DNA of 63,952 nt, counting the filler, from Gonapodya sp. JEL0774 (Eukaryota): assembly GCA_027604505.1 (NCBI GenBank). It is 4 parts of 4 records of this genome, joined end to end, with 100 filler letters (N's around TTAATTAATTAA, not from the genome) between each part and the next. Parts side by side here need not be neighbours in the genome. Positions count along the whole stretch, not along the records: positions 16,124 to 32,126 come from JADIIX010000290.1; positions 32,227 to 48,180 come from JADIIX010000291.1; 2 more parts are not named here. One strand, written 5' to 3'. The notes below the pieces were generated by a model. The model saw only the letters and a list, made by a program, of their open reading frames with translations, was not told the DNA's origin and searched no databases. Both the position numbers and the translations under genes were made by a program. Shown piece after piece: positions 25,984 through 33,403 of this stretch. Every line of letters begins with the position of its first letter. Position 1 is the first letter of the stretch.

Positions 25984-26274
25984 TGTTATCAGTTTTCTCC
26001 TGTGACAGCTCGTCTGGGCGCGGTCGGGCAGAGGTTCCCCCGTAGCGTAGTACTTATCTTGAGGAGGTCACTGAATACACGTAGTTTCTCAGAGCTTATA
26101 TAGTCTAACCCTCAGTGTATTTCGTAATGTCCCCGAAGTACGTAAAGAGAAAATACTCCCCGTAAGTCCTAAAGTCCATCGGGTGTTTTGGACTTGCCCA
26201 AATGCTGTTTGTTTGTGGCGAATGTGCCGGTGCACAATCCAAGCTTCAGTCGCACCAAGCTGCGACTTCTAACA
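25984..26274 (-). repeat. 5' LTR of the Copia element (contains TATATAAG on the - strand)
   Basis: Direct repeat of 21278-21567, followed by TSD GATTC. Confidence 0.95.
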
Positions 26275-26766
26275 GATTCAACTGTGAACTACCAAATGGA
26301 GAGGTTGGAAAATAAAACTGTAAGGTAAACTGTGCCAGCTCTGCACTATGTCCGTCTTAAGAGATATACTGAACAGGCACAAACCAACAAGGAGAAATCA
26401 GATGTTGGTATCAACAAAACAGCCCATTTTCCCATGTAGTGTGTTGTGTATGAGAAAAGACAAGTTTGGAGTTCCAACAGTTTATGAGCCCACCTGCTCA
26501 TTAGAGTGTGAACTGCTGATCTCTCCAACGCAGGCGCCATTTTCCACTTTGTTGATTGCTTGTTAGTAGTGTAATGCACACCCTCCAAAAATGTGTGTGT
26601 CAACATTTTTGCAAACTGCTGTGGTCTGTAAAACATACCCCGCCCCTGAGTATGTTTATAATTAATGAGAGGTTGGGGCCGATGTGGGAAACCCCAGGGG
26701 TTCAGACTAAAACATGTCTATATATCCCACAGATGTGGTGGGATCATCAAAAAGCTGAAAAAGTAC

Positions 26767-26830
26767 TGCACAGAGACTCGAACTTCCTCCTCCGAAGAGA
26801 GCGCAACTGGAGTGCGCTGCCTTAGACCTG
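26767..26830 (-). pseudogene. Degenerate partial copy of the neighbouring tRNA-Leu gene
   Basis: CCTCCGAAGAGAGCGCAACTGGAGTGCGCTGCCTTA closely matches 26987-27022. The acceptor stem and D-arm are broken, and the anticodon position reads CCA. Confidence 0.7.
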
Positions 26831-26960
26831 ATCCAAATCATCACCCCATTAGAACCACACGTTGCATTGTTGAAAATGAGAATCACAGGGACCTTTGGCC
26901 CAATCTCGGCTCGAGATAGGATTGCCATAGCGTGAGTTGAGGTAAAGAATAAAAAACGTT

Positions 26961-27041
26961 TGCACAGTGTGAGATTTGAACTCACGCCTCCGAAGAGAGC
27001 GCAACTTGAGTGCGCCGCCTTAACCGCTCGGCCAACTGTGC
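26961..27041 (-). tRNA. tRNA-Leu (anticodon CAA), intronless, long variable arm
   Basis: GCACAGT-TGGCCGAGCGGTTAAGGC-GGCGCA-CTCAAGT-TGCGC-TCTCTTCGGAGGC-GTGAGTTCAAATCTCAC-ACTGTGCA. Paired acceptor stem, A and B boxes, and a T6 Pol III terminator at 26951-26956. Confidence 0.93.
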
Positions 27042-27109
27042 AGTTCAGTTAAATTGGGGTGAAAATTTATTTCAAGATTATTTTAGCAGAAAAAGTTTGA
27101 AGTACCTGG

Positions 27110-29141
27110 TTGCCAACCCCGATGGAAGCCTACCATCTCGACTCCACCGACACACTCGAGGTGTCTCGACACATCGAGACTCTCCTCGCCGATCACGCTC
27201 TCGAGGACGTGACGGATCTTTACGATCCGAAACAACCACGACCAGGGGTCTTCTACGCTCGACTTTTTGTCGTGTATCAGAAGAACAAGAGTCGGCTGAT
27301 CACCGACTACACCCCAGTGAATCCGTACCTCCATGTGCCCAAGTTCAAAATGGACACCGTACGCATTCTAAGAGAGATTGTCTCCTCCCGAACCTTTCAG
27401 TTCGGAGCGTCGATCGACATCAAGAACGCCTTTCCCCACATCGCGACCCGCGAGCAGGACCGCGAGGCCCTTCTCATTCTAGGGCCCGGGAACCGCGTTT
27501 ACCGCCCCCTCGCAGCGACGTTTGGGCTCGCGCCGATTCCGCTGCTTTGGACAAAGGTATTTATCTTGTTGTAGTGGTCCTCTCACCCAAGGATTCACCC
27601 TCCGCTCCCTTTCTGGTGTCCCCAGCTCATGAGGGTTGTACTCAGCATCCTCCGGTCGAACGGGATCCAGTCGTCGTTTTACATCGACGACGGGATCAAC
27701 TTTGGAGAGACCCATCTGCGCACAGCACTAGACCAGATCTTCTCCTGTCTTCTGCTTTTGTATCTGGGGTTTACAATCAGTTACCCCAAGATCATTCTCG
27801 CGGTGCACCGCCCCATTCACTTGGGTCTCATTTGGGATCTCAAGAAGGGCACTCTCTCCCTCACTCCCGCTCGACTTCGCTCTCTACGCAGCAGGGTCAA
27901 GCAGGCCATCAGGAAGGACTCCATCCCGCTTCGGCAGGCGGCGTCCATCCTGGGCACACTGCAGTCCGCTCACGACGCCCTGTCATACGCGCAGCTCCAA
28001 GCTCTGCCCCTGCTTCAGGCTTACAACCGTATCCTGTCGCAGCGACACAACTCTTTCCAGGGCTCTTGGAACAGGCTGTTGGTCATATCCCCAGCCATTC
28101 GCCACTCCCTGCAGGAGCTCTTACAACACCTGCATCAGTGGAACGGCGTCAGCTTCCTCCCGCCCAAGGTAGACTTGGTGATCACATCCGACGCCTCGGA
28201 AACGGGTTCTGGAGCGAACCTTCGCGCAGCGCCAGCGCTCCCCGTCGTTTCAACGACCACGTCAAAGGGAGACCAGCTAATTCGAACTTCAGCTCGCTGG
28301 ACAGCCGATCTCCTTATTCGGCACCTTCACACTCTGTTCACTCCAGCAGTCATTCGGGGCTGGTTTGCCAACCCATCCATACCGCTGACAGAGTTCATCC
28401 ACATCCAAGTCCTGGAGGCTATCTCCTCCTTCCTTGGACTGAAGGCTTTCGCGCGCGAGACTCCCCTGCAGGGGAAGACGATCCTTCTGCTCACCGACAA
28501 CACAGCTTCAGCCTACACCATGGCCAAGCAAGGTCGGTCGCGCAGCCCAGCACTGTCCCTGGTGGTCAGTCAGATGCTGGATTGGGTGCGCTCCCACGGG
28601 GCGACTTTGTTTGTGGAGCACATCCCTGGATCTCTGAACACGTTGGCGGTAAGTGTAGCCCTGCACGCAGTTGCTACCCGTGCTACCTTCCGTTCCCCCT
28701 GCGCCTGGACTGATTTTGTCATCTCTAGGATCACGACTCCTGTCTCCAGAGAGACATCCACGGCTGGAAACTCCACCTGTGTGTGTTTCAGTCTCTCAAC
28801 AGACTGTGGGGTCTGCACTCTGTCGACCTCTTCACCTCAGCCCTCAATCGCCAGATCCCAACATTCTGTAGTTGGGGTCCGGATCCAGAAGGGCTTGCTC
28901 CGAACGCCTTCTCGATCCATTGGGGGCACCCGTCCAACCTCTTCATCAATCCCCCATGGGTGCTCATCCCTTGGATAGTGAAGAAGCTCATCTTGGATGG
29001 GGGTACAGCAACTCTCGTCGATCCGTGGTGGCCCCTACTCCTCACGCTTGCGATTGACTCGCCCCGTCTGATCCCAGAGATTCCCCAGGATCTGACTACA
29101 GCCAGCCGCCCCCAGCAAAAATGCTCGCATGGAGGCTATGC
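27110..29141 (+). CDS. DIRS pol: reverse transcriptase, RNase H and DNA N6-adenine methyltransferase; predicted introns 27557-27625 and 28649-28728; probable frameshift near 29110
   Basis: RT: FYARLFVVYQKNKSRLITDY, SIDIKNAFPHI, ATFGLAP, FYIDDG. RNaseH: ITSDASETG, HIQVLEA, LLTDNTAS, EHIPGSLNTLAD. MTase: WGLHSVDLFTSALN...NAFSIHW...FINPPW. Confidence 0.88.
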
Positions 29142-30632
29142 GTCAACGATGGGAAGCAGCAGGCGTACCTCCGCTCGTTGCCCAGTCACTCGCAACACAT
29201 GGAGCGAGAAAGTCAGAGGCAACAACTGCAGGTCGCAGAACAGAACGGTCTCGATCCCTATCAGGAACCTGTCCCTAGTTGGTTTGTCTACAATGCCTAC
29301 CGCTTAACAAAGGCAGGTTCACGGAAGAAAGCAGACGGCTGGAGCCGCTCAACGCAGCAAAAGTACCTCTCCGCCCTCATGACCCAAAGTCATCCGCCAC
29401 ATTGGTCAATCACCCACTGCTGAAGGAGTTACAGTGCGTGACCGCCAATGTTGTACCCGGTCGGAATGCGTTCGACATGGAGCACACGTTTGATCCAATC
29501 TACATATTATCCTACATCGATCGTTTCAACGTAGATCCTTCTTCGCCTATTCTGAGCAACGACGAAGTGAATCCCTTCCAGCTCCAGCTTCGACTGATCG
29601 TCCTCCTCGTCCTTCTAGACGCCCGACGACCAGCCGACCTTACGCATATCCTTTCCAACCGGTGCAGTGTTCGTGCCGACAAGGTTTCACTTTTCTTCAC
29701 TGAGCTGAAGAAGCAGGAGAAAGGCTCACATGTGATCACCTACGCGGTCGATCCCACTCTGCCCCCACATCGCAATCTCTGTGATATCCTCACAGCCCAC
29801 CTCCGAAACCTGTCACAAGTTGAGGACTCTGTCACAGATCCCTCGGTGCTCATACGCTGCAAGTCGTCGGATGGGACTGGCTCTCTGATCGCCCGGGCTG
29901 CCACACCCAACACCATGCTCTCCTGGATCCAGAAACTGGTCCTCACACCCGCCGGATTCCCTGAATTCAACGGGTATGCATTGGTGAAGGCCGCTGCTAC
30001 TACGGTACCCACTCGCAGCGGCCCAGGTCAAGAGCCATCGGTTACCCGATGGAAGTCAAAGTTTGTCGCCTTCCGCCACTACGTTAAGAGTGGCGCGCGC
30101 GTCTGGCCTCCAGTCCACTTGCGGGAGGACAAAGATGAACTTCGAGGTAAGTTCAGTGTCAGAGTTATTCCAGCTCGCATGACCTTTGTTCTTTGGGAGG
30201 TCGCATGACCCCCTTCTCTTCGTCCTAATCAAAGGACGAAGTTTCGCTGAGCGAAAGCGAAGCGGGGCTTCATTCTTTTGATTTTAAGAAGTGAAGGGGG
30301 TCATGCGAGCTGTCCCACCCGCCCAACCACTCTCTCTGACACCGCTTGTTCCCTTTTCAGATCTTCTGAACGGCGGTAAGACGATAGCAAGCGCCAGGGT
30401 CTTTGTGCGCTCTAAGCCCACGATCAATCCCACCCTTGGCGCTGGTACCGTCTCGGCTTCTTCAAGCCGGGCGCATCGTCTCTCCAGAGTTGCTGAGAGC
30501 AACAGCGACGAGGATCTAAGTGATTCAAGTTTGTGAGTACTCACACTCCCCTTGTTTTGCTACATAACCTGACCTTATGGCTTCTCGGTCGGCAGTTATG
30601 TTGAGATTCCCGTACGGAAGGGTAGACCCTGA
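29121..30632 (+). CDS. DIRS tyrosine recombinase (frameshift near 29385; predicted introns 30147-30360 and 30533-30595)
   Basis: N-terminal STQQKYLSAL...NHPLLKEL; catalytic-Arg box LLVLLDARRPADL; C-terminal TRWKSKFVAFRHY. The spliced C-terminal tail is inferred. Confidence 0.75.
30171..30312 (+). repeat. DIRS internal complementary region (ICR) with nested hairpins
   Basis: 30201-30216 pairs with 30293-30308. Hairpins are CTTCGTCCT/AGGACGAAG (30218-30241) and TTTCGCT/AGCGAAA (30242-30256). 30258-30312 is the reverse complement of 31084-31136 with a few mismatches. Confidence 0.8.
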
Positions 30633-31521
30633 CTATGTTAGTTAGTGTCTCGCTGTATCTACCCGTTTGGAATATACCTAGCTCTGTGCACTCTATCTGT
30701 GATTCTGTGCACACCCCTTACTCAGGTACTCTGCCAGAGTTTTCTCATTCATTTCTAGGTTTGGGTAGGCTCTCCCGCCACCAGGCGGTGACATCAACTC
30801 GGCAAGTCATACCGTCTTGATGCACTTGGTCGTTGTCCCTTGGTCAACTGGTCGCCATTTTGGCAACGCCTCTCTTTCCAAGCCTGCGGCTTGTGTCTCA
30901 GGGGCCCAGTCGGGATAAATGACCGAGTGGGGAGGTCTCTATTGTTTTTCACTATGTGCACCGGGCCGTGCACACAACCGCGATTTTGCCACACACTTTG
31001 TGTGTCGCAAAATACAAACCATCAACTCACCCCTCTTTGGGAGTTTTCCCTGACCCGAGTGAGGCCCGGCAACCTTTGCCGAGCAGCTCACATGACCCCT
31101 TCACTTTTTAAAATCAAAGAATGAAGCCCCACTTCGTCCATTCTCGTCCCGGAATTGCTTCATGTTCTTGAAGTACTCCATCATGACCAACCGCTGCTCT
31201 TCTGCTGCTTTGGTGAGCTTTTGCTGATATGAAGGTAAGCCGTGCTGACCAATGAGACCTTAATCCAAGTCCAAGTAGTTCCTTTCAAATATCCAGGGTA
31301 GGGATTTGATCGACTGGAGGTGGTCCCAATTGCCCCCTGTCTGGACAATCTTCGTTGGATACACTGGCGAGGCAATTGTAGGATTGATGTGGTGTTTCTA
31401 CCTAAGATGTGCGAGTGTGTCACGGTTGGTACTTATAAAATCAGTTCGACGAGTAAAATAGCCATCAGTACTGCACCAAAGTTGATGTGATGCATGGGTT
31501 CCACACCAATGATGATGGGAC

Positions 31522-31793
31522 TCTTAGAAGTCGCAGCTTGGATTGAGGACCAGCAGATTTGCCGCAAACAACGCCATTGGTGCAGGACCAAAACATCTGA
31601 TGGACTTTAGGACTAATGGGGAATATTTTCTCTTTATGTACTTTGAGGACATTAAGAAATGGGCGAAGGTTAGACTCTATAAGCTCTGAGATACAAAGCG
31701 CATAGAGTGACTCTACAAGATAAATACTACACTAAGGGGGAACCACTGCCCGACCATGCCCAGACAACATGTCATTGCAGGAAACTGATTGCA
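31522..31793 (+). repeat. Diverged solo LTR related to the Copia family at 21278-26274, in opposite orientation
   Basis: Blocks TTAGAAGTCGCAGCTTGG, GATGGACTTTAGGACT, GGTTAGACT.TATAAGCTCTGAGA and GGGGGAACC.CTGCCCGACC match the reverse complement of the LTR. Flanks GGGAC/GAGAC resemble a 5-bp TSD. Confidence 0.85.
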
Positions 31794-32645
31794 GAGACTT
31801 AGTGGTTCCACGCTGACAATTGTGTGGGGTGCAGTACCCCTCCCCCCTCCCCACACCAATATACCAACTTACTTGAGTGTGACATCTCCGGGTTCATCAC
31901 AAGTTATGTTGAAATGATGAAACCTACTGAGATGAGAAAGCTAAAGCACGTGGCTTTCAATCCAGCTCTGCAATTCTGGTACATTGTCCACGTTGAACAA
32001 TGTCGCCCACTCTGGACTCTGAACTGTGGAGGAACTCCATTGTCAGGGGCTGACAATCACCGGATATATGGACATTATATTAAGTTGAGTTTTCCATCGG
32101 ATTCCAGAACATTTGTCTGGTAGAACNNNNNNNNNNNNNNNNNNNNNNNNNNNNNNNNNNNNNNNNNNNNTTAATTAATTAANNNNNNNNNNNNNNNNNN
32201 NNNNNNNNNNNNNNNNNNNNNNNNNNCATTTGACACTCGGCTCTGGAATCGTTTCCCATGCCATGTAGATTCCCGTTAAGGCTCCGCTCCCGCAGGTGAT
32301 GTGCAACGCGATTCTTTCAATCGTGAACTCAAAATACAACTACCGGGACGAGAACTTCGCCAACGATCAGAGTACACTCTACTCATGGGACTGCGTCTCG
32401 GGATAGTAAGGTTTGAAGATACTGTATATTCCACGCTACCGCAAATGTTCCAACGTGACGTGGACGACAAATACATTCCTCTGTAGGACCAATCAACTAG
32501 ACTTCAGTTTCGCATAGGCATAGAGTCCACATACGGTAGCTTTGCGACTATAATGTCCGTACAGAATGCCGGACGTTTCTCAACCAAAGAGTACCTGGTC
32601 GACCTCGAGAGTCCCTCACCAAGTCACGAGTCCGACTGACAGTCA

Positions 32646-33005
32646 TCATTCATACACGTGCACCAGAGAGTACACCAGAGTCCAGAACAGCACAAACGAC
32701 AGTGCGTTTGCGGATACCTCGTTCAGCCATGGTCCATACCAGCTGGAAAAATAAACCTCCTGACTTCCGCCCACCATGATCAGCAGGATGAGCGCAGTAA
32801 CTACCACCGACGACGCCAGGTAGAATGCAAAGCCTGCAAACCCCGTGAGACCCAGAATGCCCGCGGCCATGCCAACGACGGCAGCCGACGAAGAGCAGGC
32901 AGAGGAGATGACGGCTGCATTGTGGCGGACAGAAACGTCGAAGTAGACGGGGTTTGAGAGTGCTTGGTATGTAGGCGACGGCGCTGGGGTTGTAGGAGAC
33001 GCCAT
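32646..33005 (-). CDS. EMC6: ER membrane protein complex subunit 6
   Basis: Intronless 119-aa ORF with VRHNAAVI, GMAAGILGLTGFAGFAFY and LSFVLFWTLVYSLVHVYE. Confidence 0.9.
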   Translation of the reverse strand: MASPTTPAPSPTYQALSNPVYFDVSVRHNAAVISSACSSSAAVVGMAAGILGLTGFAGFAFYLASSVVVTALILLIMVGGSQEVYFSSWYGPWLNEVSANALSFVLFWTLVYSLVHVYE

Positions 33006-33403
33006 CTTAGTTTCGAGAGGTTGTTCCAGGACCCGGCTTTGTGGATCAAGTTCGTGTGTGCACGTCCTCCTCCAGTGGCACTCCAGCACGAGCGGGTTCA
33101 AGAACAGGGAATGCGCGTGATCCAATAGATATGTATTCTAACTGCGATGGTTGATGAGAGTCTTATCAGCTCTTTTAGTTTGGTTTATTTTGGGGGCATG
33201 AAGAATGAATTAGATCTCAAAACCGAGCCCCGATGTCTGCATTCTACATACAGTGCCATAGATGCACGAATTGCTTGCGAAAGTCATCTTTTCCGACAAT
33301 ATTTATTGGTAACCAGGAACGCAGAGAAGTTCGGGAATCAGCTCAGCAGCACTATTAGTTTTCTCTTGACATCCAGTACTGACCACATACCAGTACCTTC
33401 ACA

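Larger units (their letters stand above)
21278..26274 (-). mobile_element. Full-length but decayed Ty1/Copia LTR retrotransposon
   Basis: Two ~290-bp TG..CA LTRs (21278-21567 and 25984-26274) flanked by the direct repeat GATTC (21273-21277, 26275-26279). Order is gag, protease, integrase, RT, RNaseH. A purine-rich PPT (GCTGGGGGAG on -) lies next to the 3' LTR. Pol has many stops and frameshifts. Confidence 0.95.
27099..31136 (+). mobile_element. DIRS-type tyrosine-recombinase retrotransposon, 5'-truncated (no gag or left terminus), intron-containing
   Basis: Domain order RT, RNaseH, N6-adenine methyltransferase, tyrosine recombinase. An internal segment at 30258-30312 is complementary to the terminal segment at 31084-31136, as expected for an ICR and right end. 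Confidence 0.9.

Noticed and set aside
26472..26495. CCAACAGTTTATGAGCCCA resembling a Copia LTR end plus half-tRNA-iMet PBS
   Set aside because: One mismatch to the motif, no second LTR and no gag downstream. It could be a relic but is unsupported.
26767..26830. Leu-type tRNA body with a CCA anticodon, suggesting codon reassignment
   Set aside because: The acceptor stem and D-arm do not pair, so this is a decayed copy rather than a functional tRNA.
30210..30270. Hairpins with GAAA suggesting a hammerhead ribozyme
   Set aside because: There is no CUGANGA core on either strand in the right geometry. The DIRS ICR explains the structure better.
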